Shown here piece by piece: positions 51,993-60,711 of a stretch of 61,763 nt of DNA (position 1 is its first letter; each line of letters begins with the position of its first letter). The notes beneath the pieces were generated by a model that ran no database searches, was not told the DNA's origin, and saw only the letters and a program-made list of their open reading frames with translations. This DNA comes from an uncultured Planctomycetales bacterium (GTDB lineage: Bacteria > Omnitrophota > Gorgyraeia > Aquiviventales > Aquiviventaceae), in contig CAYJRJ010000002.1 of NCBI GenBank assembly GCA_964372775.1, forward strand, positions 1 to 61,763, in the 5' to 3' direction. The position numbers were made by a program, and so were the translations under genes.

Positions 51993-54923
51993 GTGAAGCG
52001 GACGTTCCCGGCCCTCGTCGTGAGCGGTGTGTTGCTCGGGCTGCTTCTGCACGCCGAGGCCGCCGTCATTCCCCACGGTCAGCCCGATCTCCAGCGCCAC
52101 TGGCAAGACGTGAAATCCTCCCTCAAGCAGGGCGCGTATCTCGACGCGCTGCAGACCCTCGAAGTGCTCCTGACGATCACACCCGATGATCCCTGGGCGC
52201 AGCTCTACCGAACCCTCTGCGAGACCCGCCTGCGGACGCCCTCGCCGTTTACGCAGCTCTCACCGGCGCAGCTGGCTGCACTCCATGAACAGCTGCGCCA
52301 GGAAGAGGGGGCGCAGCGTCGCACGACCGCTCAGAATGCTGCGTTGGAGCGCGCCATCCGTCAGGAGCAGGTGCGGTGGGATCGCGAGCTGAAGACACTC
52401 CAGCGGCAGGTGAAAGCCGAGACGATCGAGCAGACCCAGCGCGCGCAAGCACAGGAGCGCCTCTTGGCGCGCGAAGAGGCGGTGCGCCGCGTGTCAGCCG
52501 ACCAGCCGGAGCCCTCCGCAGAGGGTCCGTCGGCTCCGCCGGGCGAGACCATGCCGCCGCGCGTTCCTCCGACGACGCCGTCGACTCCTGGGCTTGAGCG
52601 GTCCGTTGAGCTGGCACCCGTGACGGTGTCGACCGCGACACCTGAAAAGGCTGTCCCCACCCCGAGCCTAGTCGGTCGTCCGAAGCCTCCGCCGGGGGCG
52701 GTGCAGATCGACGCCCAGCAGATGCGTGTCTCGCCGGAGCGCGCGCTGGCCATCGCCGAGGGCAACGTCGAGATCGTGTTTGAAAACGCCATCTTGACCT
52801 GCGATCACGTGACGCTGTTCACCGACACCAAAGATGTGTACGCCGAAGGCCACGTCCGCCTGGAGGAAGGCACCCAGGTCTTCCGCGGCGAGATGGTCCA
52901 CTACAACTTTGAGACCAAGAAGGGGCGCTTTCTCCAGGGCACCGTCTCCTCGCCCCCGTGGCATGAGCATGGCCGCTCCGTCGAGCACATCGCCGAGGGG
53001 GTGTATCAGGTGACGCCGGGCTATGTGACCTCCTGCGACCAGGAGCCGCCGCACTTTAAGTTCTACGGCCGCCGCGCGATGGTGTTTGCCGACGACAAGC
53101 TGGCGCGCGCGCGCAACGTCGCCCTCATCGTGGAGCGGCTGCCGTTTCTCTATTTGCCCTATCTGTCGTTTGCCGACCGGCACATGCCGTTTTACATCAT
53201 CCCCGGCAAAAAGAAGCCGTGGGAGCAGTTTGCGCTGATGGGCTACCGGTACGAATTACCGGTCGAGGGCAACCATAAAGGGACGGTGAAACTGGACTGG
53301 CGCCGCGCGTTTGGATGGGGCGTCGGAATGGATCATCAATTTGACTCAGCGCAACTGGGCAAGGGCCTGTTGAAACTCTATTACAATGAGGAACAGAACC
53401 GCCGGGAACCTCGCTCCGCGCTGCCCAAGGGCGCCGACGTCAACCGGTACCGCGCGCTGTGGCGCCATCGCTGGCAGCCGCTAGAGGACACGACGATGAT
53501 TACCGACCTGCAAAAGTACAGCGACGTGAACTTCCGTCGGGAGCTACTGTTCCGAGAGGAGTTCGATACGGACGATCAGTTTGAGGGTTTCGTTTCTTCG
53601 GTGACGAATACTCCTGATTATACGCTGAGCGCGTTGGCCAAGAAGCGGCTCAACCGATTCCAGTCTGTCAGCGATGCGTTGCCCCAGGTGACCCTCAATG
53701 TGCGCGAGCAGCGTATCGGCGAGACGATGACATTCTCTCAGACGACGTTTGATATCGGGAACTTCCAGACGAAGAACGCACACTCCGATAACGATGCCGA
53801 TGTCGTCCGGGTCGATTGGTTCCAGCAGCTCAGCTACGCGCTCAACCTCTTTCGGCCGATCTTGGTGACCCCCAGAGCCGGAGTCCGCCAAACCTATTAC
53901 ACCAAAGACATCCAGGGTGGGAGCGAACGGCCCAATGGCAATCGCGATGTTCTCAGCGGACAGTTCTCCATGGGGGCGGATGCCAGCCTCAAGCTGTTTC
54001 GCATCTTTCCGATCGTCTCAAACGTCCTCGGCATGGATCTTCACTGGCTGCGGCATGTGCTCACCCCGACGGTCGCCTACAGCTATGTCCATCAGCCCAC
54101 GGTGCCCAACAGCCTGCTCAACTTCGCGGCCGCCAGCGGCGCCACGAACCAGCTGTCGTTCGGCATCGAGAACAAGCTGCAGACAAGGCGTTCGGAAGGC
54201 GGGGCGGGGAAGCTCCGCAACGTGGATCTGGCGCGTTTCCTGCTGTCGATCCCCTACACATTTCAGGGGAACGGGAATAAGCAGGGCGGGCGCATTGGTG
54301 ATTGGTCTTTTGATCTGGAGCTCTATCCGTGGCCATGGATGCGTCTGGAGACCGATTGGGTCACCCCCAGTCATTTCGTCAAGGGCACGCGGGATGATCG
54401 CATTCAAACGTGGAATGTTGATCTCGTGTTGGTGGGGGGCAAGGGAGAACTCAATGCTGAACAGGCGTCCGATATCCAAGCTCCCTCTCGTGAGGCGTTT
54501 ATTCCCGGACCGCGCGGCGCGCTGGTCGCTCTGCTGAAGCCCCAAGGGCAGTGGTATCTGGGGCTCGGCCAACGGTACTCCCAGAATGCGAAAACGGAGA
54601 GCGTGGTCCAATTCGACTGGCGGCTGACGCAAAAATGGGAGATCGGCACGTTTCATCGATTTACCTGGAAAGAAGTGTCAGGTACGTCCAAACGTTTTAA
54701 CAATATTCGCGAGTACCAGTACGTCCTCCGGCGGGATCTGCATGATTGGATCGCCGAGCTCGTGTACCGGGTCGACCGTGAGTTCGGCGAGGAGCTCTTC
54801 CTCACGTTGACCCTTAAGGCGTATCCCAATCTTCCCGTGGAGGTCGGAGAGTCCTACCACCAGCCGAAGATCGGCTCCCAGAGCAGTCCGTTTTCTCCCA
54901 TTCGCGTCGGCACGACACCCTGA
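51993..54923 (+). CDS. lptD: LPS-assembly protein LptD with extended N-terminal coiled-coil / Pro-rich region
   Basis: Signal peptide, an OstA-like segment (AEGNVEIVFENAILTCDHVTLFTDTKDVYAEGHVRLEEG...) and a large C-terminal beta-barrel region. Start is GTG. Confidence 0.8.
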   Translation: MKRTFPALVVSGVLLGLLLHAEAAVIPHGQPDLQRHWQDVKSSLKQGAYLDALQTLEVLLTITPDDPWAQLYRTLCETRLRTPSPFTQLSPAQLAALHEQLRQEEGAQRRTTAQNAALERAIRQEQVRWDRELKTLQRQVKAETIEQTQRAQAQERLLAREEAVRRVSADQPEPSAEGPSAPPGETMPPRVPPTTPSTPGLERSVELAPVTVSTATPEKAVPTPSLVGRPKPPPGAVQIDAQQMRVSPERALAIAEGNVEIVFENAILTCDHVTLFTDTKDVYAEGHVRLEEGTQVFRGEMVHYNFETKKGRFLQGTVSSPPWHEHGRSVEHIAEGVYQVTPGYVTSCDQEPPHFKFYGRRAMVFADDKLARARNVALIVERLPFLYLPYLSFADRHMPFYIIPGKKKPWEQFALMGYRYELPVEGNHKGTVKLDWRRAFGWGVGMDHQFDSAQLGKGLLKLYYNEEQNRREPRSALPKGADVNRYRALWRHRWQPLEDTTMITDLQKYSDVNFRRELLFREEFDTDDQFEGFVSSVTNTPDYTLSALAKKRLNRFQSVSDALPQVTLNVREQRIGETMTFSQTTFDIGNFQTKNAHSDNDADVVRVDWFQQLSYALNLFRPILVTPRAGVRQTYYTKDIQGGSERPNGNRDVLSGQFSMGADASLKLFRIFPIVSNVLGMDLHWLRHVLTPTVAYSYVHQPTVPNSLLNFAAASGATNQLSFGIENKLQTRRSEGGAGKLRNVDLARFLLSIPYTFQGNGNKQGGRIGDWSFDLELYPWPWMRLETDWVTPSHFVKGTRDDRIQTWNVDLVLVGGKGELNAEQASDIQAPSREAFIPGPRGALVALLKPQGQWYLGLGQRYSQNAKTESVVQFDWRLTQKWEIGTFHRFTWKEVSGTSKRFNNIREYQYVLRRDLHDWIAELVYRVDREFGEELFLTLTLKAYPNLPVEVGESYHQPKIGSQSSPFSPIRVGTTP

Positions 54924-54935
54924 GCCGGTCAGGAC

Positions 54936-54964
54936 TTGCGAGGGCCGGCGAATATCCCTATAAT
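54936..54964 (+). promoter_or_regulatory. sigma70-type promoter TTGCGA-17-TATAAT upstream of ugd
   Basis: The hexamers were read directly. It is preceded by the stem gccgg...ccggc after lptD. Confidence 0.5.
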
Positions 54965-55016
54965 AAGGTCTCTTTTCCCACCGAACGTCTTGCCATCTCA
55001 AGGGATGTGAGGAGTC

Positions 55017-56327
55017 ATGGATATTAGTGTCGTCGGCGCGGGCCATGTCGGGTTGGTGACCGGCGCGTGCTTTGCGGACTTGGGCCACCAGGTCGTCGTG
55101 GTGGACAACGACGCCAAGCGGATTACCAACCTCAAGCGCGCCGTCATGCCGTACTACGAGCCGGGGCTGGAGGAGCTGGTCGAGCGCGGCGTCAAAGAGC
55201 GCCGGCTCTCCTTCACCACGTCGCTCAAGGAAGGGGTCGACAAATCCACCATCATCTTTATCGCGGTGGGCACCCCGCAAAAGGCGACCGGCGAGGCCGA
55301 GCTGGCGTACGTGGAGAGCGTCGCGCGCTCCATCGCCGAGCATCTGCCCGGCTACCGGCTGATCGTCGAGAAATCGACCGTGCCTGTGCAGACCGGCCTG
55401 TGGATCGAGCACACCATCAAGACCTACCTGAAGAACAAGCATCCCTTTGACGTGGCATCCAACCCCGAGTTTTTGCGCGAAGGCACCGCGATTCAGGATT
55501 TCATGAAACCGGACCGCGTGGTGCTCGGCGTGCAGTCCAAGCGGGCCGGCGATCTGCTCAAAACGCTCTACAAGCCGCTGGGGGCACCCATCGTCCTGAC
55601 CGACATCGCCAGCGCTGAGCTCATCAAGCACGCCTCCAACTCGTTTCTCTCGATGAAGATCTCCTTCATCAACGCCGTCGCACAGATCTGCGAGCGCTGC
55701 GGCGCGGACGTCGAGCAGGTGGCCGAGGGCATGGGGTTGGATCCCCGGATCGGCCGCTCGTTCTTGAACGCCGGCGTCGGATATGGGGGCTACTGCTTTC
55801 CCAAAGACCTCGATGCGTTCATCCATATCGCGGAGCAGTTAGGCTACGACTACGAGCTACTCAAGGCGGTGCGCAGCATCAACGAGCACCAGAAGCGCAG
55901 CTTCGTGGAGAAAGTCCGCAAGGCGTTGTGGGTGGTGAAAGGTAAGACCATCGGGGTGCTTGGGCTCTCCTTCAAACCCAATACCGACGATATGCGTTTC
56001 GCCCCTGCGCTCGATATCATCGAATATCTGCAGGGAGAGGGTGCCACGATCAAGGCGTTCGATCCCCAGGCGATGAAGGAAGCCGAGCACCTGCTGCCCA
56101 AGGTGAAGATGTGCAAGGACCCCTACGAGGTGGCCCGCGGCGCCGATTGTCTGGCGGTCTTGACGGAGTGGAACGAGTTCAAGGAGCTGGACTTCAAGCG
56201 GATCAAAAAGCTCATGCGCCAGCCGCTAATCGTGGATGGACGCAACGTCTACGACCCGAAGCGCGTGCGCGCGCTCGGCTTTCGCTATCTCAGCATGGGG
56301 CGCCAGCGCACCGAAGAGAGGACGTGA
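55017..56327 (+). CDS. ugd: UDP-glucose 6-dehydrogenase
   Basis: VVGAGHVGLVTG, the catalytic GGYCFPKD and a length of 436 aa. Confidence 0.92.
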   Translation: MDISVVGAGHVGLVTGACFADLGHQVVVVDNDAKRITNLKRAVMPYYEPGLEELVERGVKERRLSFTTSLKEGVDKSTIIFIAVGTPQKATGEAELAYVESVARSIAEHLPGYRLIVEKSTVPVQTGLWIEHTIKTYLKNKHPFDVASNPEFLREGTAIQDFMKPDRVVLGVQSKRAGDLLKTLYKPLGAPIVLTDIASAELIKHASNSFLSMKISFINAVAQICERCGADVEQVAEGMGLDPRIGRSFLNAGVGYGGYCFPKDLDAFIHIAEQLGYDYELLKAVRSINEHQKRSFVEKVRKALWVVKGKTIGVLGLSFKPNTDDMRFAPALDIIEYLQGEGATIKAFDPQAMKEAEHLLPKVKMCKDPYEVARGADCLAVLTEWNEFKELDFKRIKKLMRQPLIVDGRNVYDPKRVRALGFRYLSMGRQRTEERT

Positions 56328-56333
56328 GTCGCG

Positions 56334-57647
56334 ATGGGATCGCTGGGACAGCTCGCCAATCGGATTGAGCGTCGTCGGGCCAGCGTCGGGGTCATCGGGC
56401 TCGGCTACGTCGGGCTGCCGCTGGCGGTGGAATTTGCGCGCGAGGGCTTCCGGGTCACCGGTATCGATCTGGACCGCTCGCGCATCAAAGGGGTCAACCG
56501 CGCCCGCTCCTACATCGGCGATGTCTCCAGCGACGACCTGCGCACGATGCGCCAGGCGAAACGGCTCTCGGCCACCCGCTCCTTCGACGCGCTGGCCCGG
56601 CAGGATGCGATCATCATCTGCGTGCCCACCCCGCTGCGCAAGACCCGCGAGCCGGACATGTCCTACATCGTCTCGGCCACCAACGAGATCGCCAAGCGCG
56701 TGTGCCGCGGCCAGCTCATCGTGCTCGAAAGCACGACGTACCCCGGCACGACGGATGAAGTGATTCTGCCGGCGCTTGCGGCGCGCGGCCTGAAGGTGGG
56801 CCGCGACTTTTGCCTCGCGTTTTCACCGGAGCGCATCGACCCCGGCAATCCCACCTACACGACGCGCACGATTCCCAAAGTCATCGGCGGGGTCACGCCC
56901 CTGTGCACGCGGCTCGCCAACGCGCTCTACGGCAGCATCATCCACCGGACCGTGCCCGTCACCTCGACGAAAGCCGCCGAGATGGTCAAGCTGCTGGAAA
57001 ATACCTTCCGCGCGGTCAACATCGGCCTCGTCAACGAGATCGCCATCATCTGCAATCGGCTGGGCATCGACGTGTGGGAAGTGATCGATGCCGCGAAGAC
57101 CAAGCCCTTCGGCTTCATGCCGTTTTATCCGGGTCCTGGCATCGGAGGCCACTGTATTCCAAGCGACCCGGTGTACCTAGCGTGGAAGGTGCGCGTGCAC
57201 GGCTCTGAGGCGCGCTTCATCGAGCTGGCGACGCACATCAACGGGGCGATGCCCGAATACGTCGTCGAGAAGGTGGTGACGGCGCTCAACGAGCGACGCA
57301 AGTCGCTCAAGGGTTCCCGCGTGCTGCTGCTGGGGCTCGCGTACAAGAAGGACGTCAACGATCTGCGGGACTCGCCGGCGTTTGACGTGGCGCGGATTCT
57401 GCAAGAGCGCGGCGCGATCGTGGCGTATCATGACCCGCACGTGCCCAGCACGATGCTCAACGGGAGGCCGCAGCGCTCGGCGCCGCTGAGCCCCTCGACG
57501 CTGCGACGCTGCGCCTGCGTGGTGATCCTCACGAACCACTCGAAGGTGGACTACAGCTTGCTGCTGCGCCATGCCACGGTGATCGTCGATACGCGCAACC
57601 AGTACGGGTACCTCTCGCGGCCCTCGGCAAAGGTGGTGAAACTCTAA
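56334..57647 (+). CDS. UDP-N-acetyl-hexosamine 6-dehydrogenase (WbpA/WecC/TviB-like nucleotide-sugar dehydrogenase)
   Basis: GLGYVGLPLA, ERIDPGN and GGHCIPSDP are present. Exact substrate cannot be assigned from sequence alone. Confidence 0.85.
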   Translation: MGSLGQLANRIERRRASVGVIGLGYVGLPLAVEFAREGFRVTGIDLDRSRIKGVNRARSYIGDVSSDDLRTMRQAKRLSATRSFDALARQDAIIICVPTPLRKTREPDMSYIVSATNEIAKRVCRGQLIVLESTTYPGTTDEVILPALAARGLKVGRDFCLAFSPERIDPGNPTYTTRTIPKVIGGVTPLCTRLANALYGSIIHRTVPVTSTKAAEMVKLLENTFRAVNIGLVNEIAIICNRLGIDVWEVIDAAKTKPFGFMPFYPGPGIGGHCIPSDPVYLAWKVRVHGSEARFIELATHINGAMPEYVVEKVVTALNERRKSLKGSRVLLLGLAYKKDVNDLRDSPAFDVARILQERGAIVAYHDPHVPSTMLNGRPQRSAPLSPSTLRRCACVVILTNHSKVDYSLLLRHATVIVDTRNQYGYLSRPSAKVVKL

Positions 57648-58591
57648 TGGCACGCTACTTGGTGACAGGCGGGGCAGGGTTCATCGGCTCGCACGTCGTG
57701 GATCGGCTCGTCAGCGAAGGCCATCAGGTCCGCGTGCTCGACGATCTGTCCAGCGGCAAGCTCGAGAACCTCGCCGACGTGCGCTCCAAGGTCGAGTTCA
57801 TTCAAGCCGATCTGCGGGATCGCGCCGTTGTGACAAAAACCTGCGCAGGGATTGAGTGCATCATCCATGAAGCCGCCTGGCGTAGCGTGCCCAAGTCGAT
57901 GGCCGATCCGGTCGGCTACACCGACGTCAACGTCATGGGCACCGCCTACTTGCTCGATGCGGCGGTCCAAGCCAAGGTCAAGCGGATCGTAGCGATCTCC
58001 TCCAGCTCGGTCTACGGTGACACCGAGACCATGCCCCTGCGGGAAGACCAGCCCTGCCTGCCTATTTCGCCCTACGCAGCTTCTAAATTGCTCAATGAAG
58101 TCCAGTGCGGTCTCTACGCGCGCGCGTTCGGCCTGGAGACGGTGGCGGTGCGCTACTTCAACGTCTTCGGTCCCCGCCAGAGCCTCGAGAACCAGTACGC
58201 GGTCGTCGTGCCCAAGTTTATTGTCTGCCTCTTGCGCAAAGAGTCGCCGCCGGTCTATGGCGACGGCAAGCAGTCGCGCGACTTCACCTATGTCGACAAC
58301 GTGGTCGACGGCACCCTGCTGGCCGCGCGCGTGCCCGGGGTGAGCGGGGAGGTGTTCAACATTGCGCTCGGGGAAGAGCACACCGTGTTGGATTTGCTCA
58401 AAGAGATCAACGAGATCATGAAGTGCTCTGTCGCGCCGACATTCGAGCCGCCCCGCGCCGGCGACATGCGCCGCACGTTTGCCGACTCCTCCAAGGCCCA
58501 GCGCCTGCTCGGATGGAAGGGGAAGGTGAGTTTCTCCGAGGGCCTGCGCCGCACCGTCTCCTGGTTCCGTGAGCATCCTCCTAAGACGTAA
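57647..58591 (+). CDS. NAD-dependent nucleotide-sugar epimerase (SDR family, WbpP/TviC-like)
   Basis: GGAGFIGSH and catalytic YAASK are present. Its ATG overlaps the previous stop. Confidence 0.88.
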   Translation: MARYLVTGGAGFIGSHVVDRLVSEGHQVRVLDDLSSGKLENLADVRSKVEFIQADLRDRAVVTKTCAGIECIIHEAAWRSVPKSMADPVGYTDVNVMGTAYLLDAAVQAKVKRIVAISSSSVYGDTETMPLREDQPCLPISPYAASKLLNEVQCGLYARAFGLETVAVRYFNVFGPRQSLENQYAVVVPKFIVCLLRKESPPVYGDGKQSRDFTYVDNVVDGTLLAARVPGVSGEVFNIALGEEHTVLDLLKEINEIMKCSVAPTFEPPRAGDMRRTFADSSKAQRLLGWKGKVSFSEGLRRTVSWFREHPPKT

Positions 58592-58630
58592 ATTCCAAGC
58601 ACCAAGTTCCAAATTCCAAATAAGCACCAA
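58591..58630. repeat. left arm of TTCCAAA/CACCAAG-family inverted repeat flanking the four-helix-bundle gene
   Basis: aattcca agcacca agttcca aattcca aataagcaccaa. It runs into the ATG at 58630. Confidence 0.85.
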
Positions 58631-58995
58631 TGGCCAATATTCCAAACACAAGTCGTCGCTATGATCTTGAGGAGAGAACCCTTAGGTTCGCTCAAAACAC
58701 CATCAAACTATGCCAGTTATTACCTCAGCATGTCGTGAACCGTGAGCTTGTCAGTCAGCTTGTCCGAGCAAGCGGTTCGGTAGGCGCCAATTACCGAGAA
58801 GCAAACGAAGCTTTAAGCAAGAAAGACTTTGGACATCGCATCAAGATTGCGCGCAAGGAGGCGAAAGAGGCTTACTATTGGCTGCAGTTGCTGGAGGGAG
58901 CCAACCCGAGCACGAGCGACGAGACAACGAGGTTGCTTCAGGAGGCTCTTGAACTGAGAAAGATTTTGTCTACGATCGCTGATCGTGCTTCGTAG
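58630..58995 (+). CDS. four-helix-bundle protein of the '23S rRNA intervening sequence protein' family (TIGR02436-like)
   Basis: YDLEERTLRFA...I.L...LP........QL.RA..S...N..EA....SKKDF.....IA.KE..E..YWL.L pattern. It is visibly more AT-rich than its neighbours. Confidence 0.8.
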   Translation: MANIPNTSRRYDLEERTLRFAQNTIKLCQLLPQHVVNRELVSQLVRASGSVGANYREANEALSKKDFGHRIKIARKEAKEAYYWLQLLEGANPSTSDETTRLLQEALELRKILSTIADRAS

Positions 58996-59051
58996 TTTGG
59001 TGCTTGGTGCTTGGGGTTTATTTGGTGCTTGGGATTTGGTACTTGGGATTT
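58996..59051. repeat. right arm of the inverted repeat flanking the four-helix-bundle gene
   Basis: tttggtgcttggtgcttggggtttatttggtgcttgggatttggtacttgggattt. It is an imperfect complement of the left arm and of the 44222-44345 family. Confidence 0.85.
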
Positions 59052-59056
59052 AGCGA

Positions 59057-60178
59057 ATGCCGAACATCCCGCTGATTGATCTGCGCGCGCAATACCAATC
59101 CATCAAGAATGAAATCGACGCTGCCATCCAGCGCGTGCTCGATAGCGGCCAATTCGTTTTAGGTCCGGAAGTCGAAGCGCTCGAGCGGGAAATCGCCGCC
59201 TACTGCGGCACACAGCACGCGGTCGCCGTCGCCTCAGGCACGGACGCGCTCGAGCTCTCGCTGCGCGCCTGCGGGATCAAGCCAGGCGATGAGGTGCTCA
59301 CCACGGCCTACAGCTTTATCGCCACCGCCGAAGCCATCGTGGCGGTCGGCGCGCGGCCAGTCTTTGTCGACATTGAGCTAGCCACCTACAATCTTGATCC
59401 CGCGCAGCTCGAGGCCCGCATCACCCACAAGACTAAAGCCATCTTGCCCGTCCACCTCTACGGCCATCCCTGCGACCTGGACGCGGTGCTCAAGCTCGCC
59501 AAGACCCACAAACTCAAGGTGATCGAGGACTGCGCCCAGGCCATCGGCGCTCGCTATCGCGGCCGGCGCGTCGGCTCCTTCGGTGATGCGGCGGCGCTGA
59601 GCTTTTTTCCCAGCAAGAACCTCGGCGCCTACGGCGACGGCGGCATGGTCGTGACCAATGATCAGAAACTGGCGGAGCAGGTCAAACTCCTGCGCGTGCA
59701 CGGCAGCCGCCAGCGCTACCAGCATGAGGCGTTGGGCACTAACAGCCGGCTCGATGCGCTCCAGGCGGCCATCCTGCGCGTCAAGCTGCGCCATCTCGAC
59801 GCCTGGACGAAGACCCGCCGCGCCCATGCTAGCACCTACACCGAGCGGCTGACGCAGGCCAACATCCCCGGCCTCGTCCTGCCCCAGGAGCGCGAAGACT
59901 GCGAGCACGTCTATCACCTCTACTGCATCCGCGCCAAGCACCGCGACGAGCTTCAGCAGTCGCTGGCGAAGCAGGGCATCGCCACCCAGATCGCGTACCC
60001 CTCGCCGCTGCCCGTCCAACCCGCCCTCACCCCGTATCTCTCCGGCCGCCCTAGTTACCCCAACGCCGCCGCCGCCTCCCGCTCCATCCTCGCTCTCCCC
60101 CTGTACCCCGAATTGACTCCCGAGCTGATCGACACCATCACCCACGCCGTCGCTGACGCTCCAGCGATTCACGCGTGA
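59057..60178 (+). CDS. DegT/DnrJ/EryC1/StrS-family sugar aminotransferase (WbpE-like)
   Basis: GPEVEALEREIA, DALELSL and the PLP-Lys region SFFPSKNLGAYGDGG are present. Confidence 0.9.
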   Translation: MPNIPLIDLRAQYQSIKNEIDAAIQRVLDSGQFVLGPEVEALEREIAAYCGTQHAVAVASGTDALELSLRACGIKPGDEVLTTAYSFIATAEAIVAVGARPVFVDIELATYNLDPAQLEARITHKTKAILPVHLYGHPCDLDAVLKLAKTHKLKVIEDCAQAIGARYRGRRVGSFGDAAALSFFPSKNLGAYGDGGMVVTNDQKLAEQVKLLRVHGSRQRYQHEALGTNSRLDALQAAILRVKLRHLDAWTKTRRAHASTYTERLTQANIPGLVLPQEREDCEHVYHLYCIRAKHRDELQQSLAKQGIATQIAYPSPLPVQPALTPYLSGRPSYPNAAAASRSILALPLYPELTPELIDTITHAVADAPAIHA

Positions 60179-60196
60179 ATTTTTACTGACTCAATT

Positions 60197-60218
60197 TATA
60201 TTATAGATGATATAATAT
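60197..60218 (+). promoter_or_regulatory. AT-rich inverted repeat (atattata-N5-tataatat) containing a TATAAT box
   Basis: tatattata-gatga-tataatat(g). TATAAT at 60211-60216 abuts ATG 60217, so transcription may start near the second ATG (60226), giving a leaderless mRNA. Confidence 0.4.
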
Positions 60219-60711
60219 GAGTACTATGACTTTCGGGGCGCTTGCAATCCCGGTCCGGCTGCTGCGCAAGACCAGAGGGCTGAGCCAAGTTGAGTTAGCT
60301 GCCCGAGCAGGGATCACGCAAGCGGCGGTCTCCGAGATTGAGCGCGGGGGGCGTCTGCCGACCCTGCGCACGCTGGGCCGACTCAGCCAAGCACTCGACG
60401 TCGCCCCGGCTATGCTCCTGGAGTCCTCTGAGCGGTCCTCGCCGTCACGCGAGGCCACCGACCGCATTGCACGGGCGATCCTCCGAGGGCAGCGCGCGCT
60501 TCCGCCAGACGAGCAGCGCCTGGCGGACGCTGTGGGGTCCCTGGTGATTCAGAAACTCCGGGCGCACGCAGCGCCGGGTGTGCGACGGTACAGCAGGGGG
60601 CGCTGGGAAGCGCCGTGGCGGCCGATCTGGGTGCGCCGCACGTATGGTGAGCGCACGGTGTCCCAGTTGTTGCGTCGACTTGAAGTACTGCTCGCGATAG
60701 GCGCCTTCTGA
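60217..60711 (+). CDS. XRE-family helix-turn-helix transcriptional regulator
   Basis: LRKTRGLSQVELAARAGITQAAVSEIERGGRLPTLRTLGRLSQAL is a canonical HTH_XRE. The C-terminal ~90 aa are unassigned. Confidence 0.85.
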   Translation: MSTMTFGALAIPVRLLRKTRGLSQVELAARAGITQAAVSEIERGGRLPTLRTLGRLSQALDVAPAMLLESSERSSPSREATDRIARAILRGQRALPPDEQRLADAVGSLVIQKLRAHAAPGVRRYSRGRWEAPWRPIWVRRTYGERTVSQLLRRLEVLLAIGAF

